The notes beneath the pieces are model-generated. The model saw only the letters and a list, made by a program, of their open reading frames with translations. It made no database searches and was not told the DNA's origin. DNA of 53,544 bases from IMG/VR virus record IMGVR_UViG_3300017767_000015, positions 1 to 53,544 of that record; one strand, 5' to 3'. Every line of letters begins with the position of its first letter. Positions within the stretch are counted from its first letter, which is position 1. The DNA is from a virus (taxonomy: Duplodnaviria > Caudoviricetes). Shown here in pieces: positions 16,964 to 25,148 of this stretch. The translations under genes were made by a program, and so were the position numbers.

Positions 16964-17206
16964 CTGCCTCTAAAAATTAGGCTTGTCCGAGAGGGTAGGC
17001 GCAAGAAGAACACTCATTATGGTGTGGTAGTAAAAGACGACTACACTTATTTTCTGTGTAGGGGAGTATCGCAGTTTGGCAAGCATGAGCATGTCGAAGG
17101 AGAAGAATCTAACTGTTCCTACTGCAATAAGATACTGAAAGGTAGAAACCTTACATTGGATTTATATGAACATGGGGAGGTTGAAGATACATGGCAACAA
17201 CGATAG
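16964..17206 (+). CDS. Small Zn-binding protein with probable CTG start
   Basis: GGGGGTGA SD at 16952-16959 followed by an in-frame CTG 20 codons above the track start 17024; H...C...CSYC. Confidence 0.55.
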   Translation: MPLKIRLVREGRRKKNTHYGVVVKDDYTYFLCRGVSQFGKHEHVEGEESNCSYCNKILKGRNLTLDLYEHGEVEDTWQQR

Positions 17207-18003
17207 AGAAGGCACAATTGGTAAAGTTATTGAAGAACACACAAAGGAAATGCACCATTAATGGGAAGCCCATTAATCAAGTTAAAGGTTGCGTTTTGCA
17301 TAGCAGAAGTGCTATCAAATTAGAGACTACCATGATTGTTAGAGATGGAAAGACAAGTCTATCGGAGTTTAGTGTGAAAGGCAACATTAATGATGATGGA
17401 GACGAAAGTATAATTGTTCCCGACATTGACATGCTTCTCGGTGTCCTATCAAAGCATAAAGGCAAAATCACCTTGACACAGGATGATGATAAATTGCGAG
17501 TCAAGTCTAACTCAAAGACTACCACACTTACGGCAGATAAGAGAGCAAAGGCTTTCCCACATACAACAGATACTATTCTTGAGTGGTCTTTAAAATCGGA
17601 AGAGAGAGCAGAAAGTATAGACGGAAATACATATATTACTGCGAATGGTGAAGTTATTTCGCCGTCAGCCTCGACTGTTGGACTTGACCCTATCGTATTC
17701 AAAGATGCTATTGAAAGCGGTTCTGTAAATTCGCAGAAAGTAAATCGCTTTGAATTGTATAGTGATGGTGACTCTTTGTTCTTGAGAGTAGGACAAGATA
17801 CCAAAGGCGAAACTACTACCTATCTTTGCGAGATAGATAAAGACTTAGACATTGAGCCTTGCTTGTTTGAAGGCGGTCTTGAGAATATTGATTACGGAAA
17901 CCTACTGACAATCCACTTTATTAACTTTGCAGAATATGGTCAAGGTATGAGCATACTATTGCGATTCGCAGGTGGCTTTCTCTTCCAAAGAGGAGTTTTG
18001 TGA
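17191..18003 (+). CDS. PCNA-like DNA sliding clamp
   Basis: 270 aa with two repeats of a strand-helix-strands pattern (IEKAQLVKLL, DIDMLLGVL, DPIVFKDAI); RFC and PolB in the same module. Confidence 0.55.
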   Translation: MATTIEKAQLVKLLKNTQRKCTINGKPINQVKGCVLHSRSAIKLETTMIVRDGKTSLSEFSVKGNINDDGDESIIVPDIDMLLGVLSKHKGKITLTQDDDKLRVKSNSKTTTLTADKRAKAFPHTTDTILEWSLKSEERAESIDGNTYITANGEVISPSASTVGLDPIVFKDAIESGSVNSQKVNRFELYSDGDSLFLRVGQDTKGETTTYLCEIDKDLDIEPCLFEGGLENIDYGNLLTIHFINFAEYGQGMSILLRFAGGFLFQRGVL

Positions 18004-18386
18004 TGCCTATTAATCTGTCCGAGTGGTCGCAAGAGATTGCCGAGAATAATCCTCGCAGACTCAAGAATATATACAGTCGGGCAGTAGCACTAAATCACGA
18101 TGATTTGATAAACACACTATCCAAGATGGGTAATGTGATGAGTCTTCGCAAATTGCACAGAAAGATAGCAGTTATGTATATCGTCTTGCAGATGGAAGAA
18201 GATGAATTGATTTCCGCTAACGATGTTCTAAAGAGAAGTTTAGATATTGTGCGATTTAGAGCAGGTATGACCGTTGATATGTGCGGTCATGCTCTAAGAT
18301 TAATAGAAAGATGGGGTTATATAGAGAAGTTATCCTCTCCAAAATGGAAAGACACAAAACAATACAGGAGGACTTCGCTTGAATGA
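18000..18386 (+). CDS. Winged-helix domain protein
   Basis: ISANDV...CGHALRLIERWGYIEK.......YRR. Confidence 0.55.
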   Translation: MMPINLSEWSQEIAENNPRRLKNIYSRAVALNHDDLINTLSKMGNVMSLRKLHRKIAVMYIVLQMEEDELISANDVLKRSLDIVRFRAGMTVDMCGHALRLIERWGYIEKLSSPKWKDTKQYRRTSLE

Positions 18387-19170
18387 AATAGTAGTCGGAG
18401 ATATAATGGAAGTCACCTTACCAACTAATCTATATCGCTCTTGTATTACAAGCCCTCCTTATTTTGGTATGCGTTCTTATGGGGATGATGATGCCGAAAT
18501 AGGGAAATCGCAGACCCTTGATGAATACATTGACAGTATGGTAAATATATTTAGGAAGGTGCGAGATAGTCTAACAGACGACGGCACACTATGGTTAAAC
18601 ATAGGAGATTGTTATAACGGTAGTGGTGGCGCAGGTTCGGACTACAAAGAAGGCGGAATCAAATCTTCAAAGAACAAGTGGGGTGCGAGAAATGTAGCAA
18701 ACCTCCCACCTAAGAATCTACTCGGTGTTGGTTGGCTTGTAGCACTTGCTTTGCAGGAAGATGGTTGGATTTTGCGAAGTGAAATAATTTGGAATAAAAG
18801 TAAAGCATATCCTCAACCGGAAGCATACATCAAAAGACCTATTCCTAAACATGAAAGAATATTTATGTTTGCTAAAAACAAAGATTACTTCTATGAACCT
18901 GCGAATCTATTTACTGTGTGGGATATGACCCCTGCTAATAACGGACACGAAGCACCGTTTCCATTGGAACTTCCGGAGAAGTGTTTGTTAGCAAGCACAG
19001 AAGAAGGGGATTGGGTTCTCGACCCTTTCGCAGGTTCGGGAACTACCGGAGTAGCAGCATCGTTAAATAATCGCAACTCGACTATGGTTGAGTTATATGA
19101 AGAGTCAGCCGAGAGAATGAAAGAGAGATTTGAGGCACTTCCTAAGAAGGAAGGTATTGATTGGTTGTGA
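18379..19170 (+). CDS. DNA amino-methyltransferase, beta class (N4-C or N6-A)
   Basis: ITSPPYF catalytic motif before VLDPFAGSGTTG SAM-binding motif; LTDDGTLWLNIGD; HEAPFP. Confidence 0.93.
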   Translation: MNEIVVGDIMEVTLPTNLYRSCITSPPYFGMRSYGDDDAEIGKSQTLDEYIDSMVNIFRKVRDSLTDDGTLWLNIGDCYNGSGGAGSDYKEGGIKSSKNKWGARNVANLPPKNLLGVGWLVALALQEDGWILRSEIIWNKSKAYPQPEAYIKRPIPKHERIFMFAKNKDYFYEPANLFTVWDMTPANNGHEAPFPLELPEKCLLASTEEGDWVLDPFAGSGTTGVAASLNNRNSTMVELYEESAERMKERFEALPKKEGIDWL

Positions 19171-19206
19171 GGCGGATTTATAAGGTCTTCATACCTATTA
19201 ATACTC

Positions 19207-19665
19207 ATGGAGTGGAGAATTTCAAAAGGATGGACATATACAGACTTAGAACATAATTGGGTAGGAGAAGGCTTAGTAAGAGCGCATGAGAGGGGTTATC
19301 CTCAAATATACAACGATGCAATATACTATGTCCTTATGGTTGATGATTACCCCGTAGGTTATACTACGGCTACACTTGTATATGATGCACACAATAAACT
19401 AAGTTTCGTATTTGTTGGCAACACCTATGTTAAGTTAGAGTTTAGAGGCAACGGGTTTCACAAAGAGTTGTTAAAGGAAAGGAATGAGCAAATCAAAAAG
19501 TTAAGCGTTCCTATTGTGGCTATCTTAAATCCTTTTGGTAAGACTCCAACGGAGAGACTAAGAGATGTTGTCGTTAGTCTCGGTTATGAACCGATAGCAC
19601 ATAATGATGAACTATTTACTAAATTGCATCTTGATATGAAAGAATACGAGATGTGGTGTTTGTAA
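19207..19665 (+). CDS. GNAT-family acetyltransferase
   Basis: FVGNTYVKLEFRGNGFHKELL acetyl-CoA motif A; TTTATAA box about 30 nt upstream. Confidence 0.75.
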   Translation: MEWRISKGWTYTDLEHNWVGEGLVRAHERGYPQIYNDAIYYVLMVDDYPVGYTTATLVYDAHNKLSFVFVGNTYVKLEFRGNGFHKELLKERNEQIKKLSVPIVAILNPFGKTPTERLRDVVVSLGYEPIAHNDELFTKLHLDMKEYEMWCL

Positions 19666-21893
19666 TGATTGTTGAGAGAGGAAGAGGAAGCACAGTCATT
19701 GTAAGGCATAGAGATAGCGAAGGCAAGAGGCAGACAACCAAAATCACAGGCCATAGACCCTACCTATATGTCGAAGAACATATTGATGTTATCCCCCTTG
19801 AAACCGAAAGTGGTTTTACAGGTCTATACGGAGAGGACATAAAGAAAGTATTTTTCGGCACAACGCAAGATTTGTCGGAGTTTCGCAGTAGCAACCCCGA
19901 CACATCAACATGGGAAGGTAATATCCCCTTCACCAATAGAGTTCTTGTTGATAGCGAATTTGAATGCCCTAAGTACGAACATAGGGTTTGGTTCTTCGAT
20001 ATGGAATGGAAGATTGATGGTGGCGAGATAACTATAATTGTAGTGCGTGATTCTATCAAGGGCGAGTTTGTTTTCTTTACACATGAAGATTATGAGGCAG
20101 GTAATTACACAAGCATACCTTGTAAGAATCACCCCTATGGTGATGAGGCTTGCGAAACAGACGGGCGTTCATTCAAGGCTTTCAACAACGAATCCGAGAT
20201 GTTATCGGCATTTGCTAAATTACTCAATTCGCATGACCCCGATATATTGACGGGTTGGAATGTAGTCAATGCAGATTGTCAGCAGTTATTCAAGAGATTC
20301 AAACACAATAACTTAGATGTGAGAATGCTCTCTCCTATGAGGAGAGTGCGTTATGAGTTCGGTGATTGGGGTCAGCCCATAGTAGGGATAAATGTCATAG
20401 ACTTGATGATTGCGTTTAGCAAACTGTGGGTTATGAAGAACGGTCAATTACCTTCTATGGGTCTCGATGCAGTTTCTTTGCATTGTCTAAAAGACAAGAA
20501 ACTTCCTCTTGAAGATGGTCACGATACATACTACACAGACTTTGGAACATATCTTGATTACGCAAGACAAGATGTTGATTTGCTACCGAGACTAAATGAT
20601 TTGGTTGATGCTCTCGGATATTATACTGCTCTACAACATATTGTAGGTTGCGATATTAGAAGCACACCATTTATCACAAAGATGTTCACCTATCTAAGTA
20701 TGAGAGATAAGGACTTTGATAGAAAGATTCCTACTAAACCGCAGTTTGGGAAGGTGGAATATGAAGGTGCGGAGATAATGAAACCGCAAGCGGGAGTCTA
20801 TAAGAATATAGGGATATTCGATGTGAGAGCCATGTATCACAGTAATGTGGATAAATACGGTATTTGTTGGACTACTCTCGATGAAGAAGGGGAAGACTGC
20901 GGTAATGGTATCAAATTCAGTATGGATAAGAAGGGTCTATTATGCAGACAGATGGATAAAATGACTGAACTTCGCAACATATACAAGAAGAAGATGAAAG
21001 AATCGGAAACCGAGATGGAGAATAAGAGATACGACGCTCTCCAATTCGCAACAAAATCCCTTGTTGCTTCTATGTACGGGGTAGCAGGAGACGCAAAGTT
21101 CGGTATGTATCACCCCGATATTGCTGCTGCGATTACATTTACTTCAAGACAGACATTGGGCGAATTGCGAGACCACGCAGAACAACTTGGATTCCCCGTT
21201 ATCTACGGACATACCGATTCTATTATGTGCGAAGTTCCAACACCGGAACAAGGGCTTGCTGCATTGTCTATTATCAATGAGGAAATGAAACCAATAATCA
21301 CGGAGTTTGAGAAGTGGTCTTCCGCTTTCTTGATAATGGCAAAAAACAGATACGCAGGTATGGTTCAATGGACTGATGGTGATTACCATGAAAGAGAGTT
21401 CTATGTCAAAGGTATAGAGATGAAGCAAAGTAGGCTACCTAAAGCCATGAAAGATGCTATGGTAGGAGTGATAGATGCTATACTGACAGACACTAAGGAA
21501 GAAGTAATAACTATGCACTTAGGTTCTCTTATATCAAAGATAGTTAGTGGAGATATACCCGTTGAGGATTTGACAATAAAGGGGAAACTCAAGAATGATT
21601 TGTCAAAATATTCTGTTCTTAGTGAAGCAAGAGCAGGTGCTAAGTGGGCTAATGATAATTTGGGTAAAGGTTATCGCAAAGGAGATTACTTTCTATGCAC
21701 CATTGATGAACATGGAAACTACATAGGTTTCGATTCTCCCGATGAGATAGAGGGAATCGCAAAAATTGGATACCAACAGTTAGCAGATAAATATATTCTC
21801 TCAAAGGTATTACCTTATTATGAAGTAATGGGATGGGATAGTATGCCACTTGAAAATAAACTTCGTGGTATAGGCGATATGGAGTGGATTTGA
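19665..21893 (+). CDS. polB: Family B DNA polymerase with 3'-5' exonuclease (start at ATG 19665)
   Basis: Exo FFDMEW, PDILTGWN, Y...DV; Pol FDVRAMYHS, KSLVASMYG, YGHTDS, KNRYAG, KGIE. Confidence 0.93.
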   Translation: MIVERGRGSTVIVRHRDSEGKRQTTKITGHRPYLYVEEHIDVIPLETESGFTGLYGEDIKKVFFGTTQDLSEFRSSNPDTSTWEGNIPFTNRVLVDSEFECPKYEHRVWFFDMEWKIDGGEITIIVVRDSIKGEFVFFTHEDYEAGNYTSIPCKNHPYGDEACETDGRSFKAFNNESEMLSAFAKLLNSHDPDILTGWNVVNADCQQLFKRFKHNNLDVRMLSPMRRVRYEFGDWGQPIVGINVIDLMIAFSKLWVMKNGQLPSMGLDAVSLHCLKDKKLPLEDGHDTYYTDFGTYLDYARQDVDLLPRLNDLVDALGYYTALQHIVGCDIRSTPFITKMFTYLSMRDKDFDRKIPTKPQFGKVEYEGAEIMKPQAGVYKNIGIFDVRAMYHSNVDKYGICWTTLDEEGEDCGNGIKFSMDKKGLLCRQMDKMTELRNIYKKKMKESETEMENKRYDALQFATKSLVASMYGVAGDAKFGMYHPDIAAAITFTSRQTLGELRDHAEQLGFPVIYGHTDSIMCEVPTPEQGLAALSIINEEMKPIITEFEKWSSAFLIMAKNRYAGMVQWTDGDYHEREFYVKGIEMKQSRLPKAMKDAMVGVIDAILTDTKEEVITMHLGSLISKIVSGDIPVEDLTIKGKLKNDLSKYSVLSEARAGAKWANDNLGKGYRKGDYFLCTIDEHGNYIGFDSPDEIEGIAKIGYQQLADKYILSKVLPYYEVMGWDSMPLENKLRGIGDMEWI

Positions 21894-21930
21894 CGATAGA
21901 TTTATATTGATAAAGGAGAGTGAGATAAAT

Positions 21931-22230
21931 ATGCCAAGCAAGAGAAAGCCGACAGTAAGAGAATTAGAGAGCAATTTAAACGGTATGGCGAGTCGAATTG
22001 ACTCGTTCCTAAATATGTTCGTTAAAGAATTAGAAAAGCACAACATGATTATATCAAAACTACTTGAGAGTCTTGATATGATGCACATAGAGGTATGTCC
22101 TCATTGTGACGGAACTATTAGAACCCCTATCCTTGAGGGAATAGATAAGGTTGATGATTGCCCTTATTGTAATGAGCCTCTAAGAGAGTCTGTGCAGACT
22201 ACCCTCCACGATGTAAAAGAAGAGGAGTAG
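21931..22230 (+). CDS. Coiled-coil plus Zn-ribbon protein
   Basis: CPHC, CPYC; VQTTL near the C-terminus; GAGTGAG SD before MPSKR. Confidence 0.7.
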   Translation: MPSKRKPTVRELESNLNGMASRIDSFLNMFVKELEKHNMIISKLLESLDMMHIEVCPHCDGTIRTPILEGIDKVDDCPYCNEPLRESVQTTLHDVKEEE

Positions 22231-22232
22231 TT

Positions 22233-23165
22233 ATGAAGAGGCCACCGGAAGGACTTACTTCTAAGGAGTTATCAAAGTTAGGTAGTTATGACCCTAACGA
22301 TGAAGATAAGTTTTTGAAATTATCAAAATCCTCCTTCATGTCCTATAATATGTGTCCTCGTAAGTTTTGGTGGGAAAAGATACAATTGAAAGACACTCGA
22401 CTCCCTGCTACGGAGGCCATGCTTGCAGGAACTTTCGTGCATGAGAACCTTGAGACTGTCTATGATAATTGGGAAGGCCAATCTGTCTTATCCCCTCTTA
22501 TACCGGAAGATAGAGAGCATAAGTCAAACGCAAGCCTCGTATTCCTTGAGGAATGTAGGATTGAAAAGTGGGGTCTTGATAAATTCAAGCCCGTAGAGTA
22601 TGAAGAGTATAGGGCAGTATGGGATGAAGAGAATGAAGTTATCCTTGTTGGTCTCATAGATGCGATTCTTGTTCACCCCGATGGCGGTCTGTGTATTTAT
22701 GAACTTAAGACAGGTAATTGGGCTTCCAACAAAATGCAAAAGACAAGGAAGGAACTTTGTTATTACGCTCGTATGTTGCGATTGATGGGAGAAACAAGAC
22801 CTATCACACACTTTGCTTATCTTGCCCCCGATGCAGAAAACCCCAAGTTCTTCGCAGAACTGTGTGGTTGGAAGGATGATTGGGGAGAGTGGGATATTGA
22901 TAGAGTTATGACCTGCAAAGGTGGATGGGTCAATACGCAGAACAAAAAAGAAATCGCATTAGGTAAAGGCGGTAAAGGAATATTAATCGTGGAAAAAGTA
23001 AATAAGAGAAGTATTACATCATTAGAAAAGTCTCTAAAGGAGGCTTGCGAGGGTATAAAGAATCATCAATGGCCTATGAAATGGTCGGATTATTTCTGTC
23101 CTCAATGGTGCGACTTTTCAATGTCTTGCGAAAGTGAAATGAATGGATTAGATAATTTGTGGTGA
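22233..23165 (+). CDS. Cas4/AddB-like PD-(D/E)xK nuclease with Fe-S cysteines
   Basis: LSKS....Y..CPR, GT.VH, GLIDA, YELKTG, EL.YYA, C-terminal CPQWCDFSMSC. Confidence 0.85.
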   Translation: MKRPPEGLTSKELSKLGSYDPNDEDKFLKLSKSSFMSYNMCPRKFWWEKIQLKDTRLPATEAMLAGTFVHENLETVYDNWEGQSVLSPLIPEDREHKSNASLVFLEECRIEKWGLDKFKPVEYEEYRAVWDEENEVILVGLIDAILVHPDGGLCIYELKTGNWASNKMQKTRKELCYYARMLRLMGETRPITHFAYLAPDAENPKFFAELCGWKDDWGEWDIDRVMTCKGGWVNTQNKKEIALGKGGKGILIVEKVNKRSITSLEKSLKEACEGIKNHQWPMKWSDYFCPQWCDFSMSCESEMNGLDNLW

Positions 23166-23169
23166 AAGA

Positions 23170-23316
23170 ATGATTTGTAAAGAATGCGATGGAGAGATGA
23201 CAATTAAGGCAGATAGCAGACCTATTATGTTAATAACGGGTGATGTTGATACTGAAAGTAAAAGAATAGCGATATGCTCTATATGTGGACATAGAGAGAT
23301 TATTAAAGACGAGTAG
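23170..23316 (+). CDS. 48-aa Zn-ribbon microprotein (not in ORF track)
   Basis: MICKECDGEM...AICSICGHREIIKDE*; GGTGA SD. Confidence 0.65.
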   Translation: MICKECDGEMTIKADSRPIMLITGDVDTESKRIAICSICGHREIIKDE

Positions 23317-23329
23317 GTTGTGACATACT

Positions 23330-24307
23330 ATGCTCAAGTTTCCCCGACAGATTGGTTTGAAGAGACAGAAATGCTACTCCAAAGAAGAGTTTGATAGTTA
23401 TATCAACAAACTCAATGGTAAGACTAACATCTATACAAGCCTCTATCACTTTGACGACCCACATGATTATGATACTGTCGTTATTGACAGGGCTTGGTGG
23501 GATTTTGATATGAATGAAGATTATCCTATGCAGATAGTCAAAGAAGATGTTGCTAATCTAATAAAGCGTTTAGAAGGTGATGTGAGGCTTGTGGCGACAG
23601 GTAGAGGTTTCCATGTGCATCAAATATTCAAGCGACCCGTAAAGGGCAGGGATTGGGCTTTTCACCTTGACCGTTATCAAAGGAAGATGGCCGAAGGTCT
23701 CACTTCCCTTGATGGTGTAGGTTATCCGGAGAAGATTACTCGCGTCTCTAATACCTTTAATGTATCAAGAGGTAAGTGGGCTACTCCAATAGAAGCAAGG
23801 GTATTCGCACAGAATCCCAGTGATTATAGCATACCGAAAAGAAAGAACCTTGATAATATGCTTGACCCTTTCTTCGGTATAGTGAATCACGATGATTGCT
23901 TCGACTTGGTTATTTGGAAGGCTGATAATCCGTATCAAGAGTCCAATAATCGCACTAATAACACGGTTAAAGTAGGGCATCATGGGGGAGAAGTAGCATT
24001 ACCTACATGCCTAAATAGGGCTATTCGTATGAGCAACCCACCGCATCATGTCCGTGTTGGTTTAGTGCAGACTATGGCTCAACAGTTAAGATGGTTCGCA
24101 GACCCCGAAGATTTGACTATTGATGAGAGGATGGGTATTGTTGATAATATATGCGATTTCATAGAAGGTCTTGGTTGGATAGATTATAATTCTGCTACTA
24201 CTCGCAAGTATGTTCGTGGAATGATGAAATACAAGCGTTCCCCTTCCCCTTCTTGGTATCGCAGACACAATTTATGCAACGGAGATTGCTGGTATTGTGG
24301 GAAATGA
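23330..24307 (+). CDS. Archaeo-eukaryotic primase, PriS catalytic domain fused to a PriL C-terminal-like domain
   Basis: WWDFD, TGRGFHVH, ITRV.NT; then LPTC...NPPH..R..L, DYN...T, terminal LCNGDCWYC. Confidence 0.85.
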   Translation: MLKFPRQIGLKRQKCYSKEEFDSYINKLNGKTNIYTSLYHFDDPHDYDTVVIDRAWWDFDMNEDYPMQIVKEDVANLIKRLEGDVRLVATGRGFHVHQIFKRPVKGRDWAFHLDRYQRKMAEGLTSLDGVGYPEKITRVSNTFNVSRGKWATPIEARVFAQNPSDYSIPKRKNLDNMLDPFFGIVNHDDCFDLVIWKADNPYQESNNRTNNTVKVGHHGGEVALPTCLNRAIRMSNPPHHVRVGLVQTMAQQLRWFADPEDLTIDERMGIVDNICDFIEGLGWIDYNSATTRKYVRGMMKYKRSPSPSWYRRHNLCNGDCWYCGK

Positions 24308-24336
24308 TTATACAGTCTGTTAATTGTATTCGCGAT

Positions 24337-25047
24337 ATGATATACGCAGACGACAGGGAAAACGACGCTTTATTACATCGTCTTTATGTTGCTGCCGGAA
24401 ATCGTAAGACCGACCCTAAAGGTAATGTTCTCGTAAAGAGACTACCTCACGGTGATTATCAAATAGGAGATTGGTTGATTGAGGCAAAGGAAATCAACGA
24501 CTTGTATCGCACAATATTAGGTATAGGAAGGAACGGAAGGACAATCAATCATCAGTTATCGGAACTTTGCGAAGTATCAGAAAAACCATTCCTTGCGATT
24601 TATGGAACGCAATTGAAACCATATTTCAAGGGAAGAAAACCAAAGGCACATGAAATGAAGAAGGAAATAGCAAAAATGAATAGGGTTATCAAGTCATTTA
24701 AGATGGTTGCCTATTCGCATTTCCCTAAACTTAGGATTATAGAGTTCGTAAATATGGAAGATTTCGTTGAGTGGCTACAAGTATCGCACTTGAAAAAACA
24801 AATAGGTAAGACATTGACTGTTGCTAAGAGAACTAAGACTTTGCCTACTGACCCAAGATTGCTTGCTCTAATGGGAGTTCAAGGAATAACAGAAGAAATA
24901 GCAACATCATTACTCAATAAGTTCGGTAGCATACCTAACTTACTCAAGACAAAGGTTAGAATCAAAGACTTGATGGCTATTAGAGGAGTAGGTAGAGTCA
25001 CCGCAAGAAGGATAAAAGAATTGAGAACCACATGGAAGGATTTATAA
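24337..25047 (+). CDS. ERCC4/XPF-family structure-specific nuclease with HhH pair
   Basis: IYADDRE, LPHGDY, IEAKE..DL..TI, QL..L; VQGITEE.A..LL.KFGS, IRGVG..TA. Confidence 0.88.
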   Translation: MIYADDRENDALLHRLYVAAGNRKTDPKGNVLVKRLPHGDYQIGDWLIEAKEINDLYRTILGIGRNGRTINHQLSELCEVSEKPFLAIYGTQLKPYFKGRKPKAHEMKKEIAKMNRVIKSFKMVAYSHFPKLRIIEFVNMEDFVEWLQVSHLKKQIGKTLTVAKRTKTLPTDPRLLALMGVQGITEEIATSLLNKFGSIPNLLKTKVRIKDLMAIRGVGRVTARRIKELRTTWKDL

Positions 25048-25070
25048 ATACAACCAACCGTGTTTAGATT

Positions 25071-25147
25071 GAGGCAGGTAACACAACCCTCTTATGGTTC
25101 TCATTCTTCATTTGCATAAACTCCTCCTGTGTTACCTCGCCTCACCA
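25071..25147 (+). ncRNA. Putative 77-nt structured small RNA ending in ACCA
   Basis: TTTATAAATA box at 25041-25050; GAGGC-AGGTAACACA pairs with TGTGTTACCT-C-GCCTC; inner TTATG/CATAA stem; ACCA at 25144-25147. Confidence 0.5.
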
Positions 25148-25148
25148 A

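Noticed and set aside
22233-23165. Cas4-like gene as a sign of a CRISPR-Cas system
   Set aside because: No repeat-spacer array or other cas genes seen; stand-alone Cas4-like nucleases are common in viral replication modules
55-24268. Minus-strand ORFs in the track across the early and replication regions (for example 2239..2787, 17277..17804)
   Set aside because: Antisense shadows of well-supported plus-strand genes, with no motifs or expression signals
25071-25147. Canonical tRNA gene
   Set aside because: Right size and 3' CCA, but no cloverleaf, no GTTCRA T-loop and no anticodon arm; kept only as an unclassified RNA candidate
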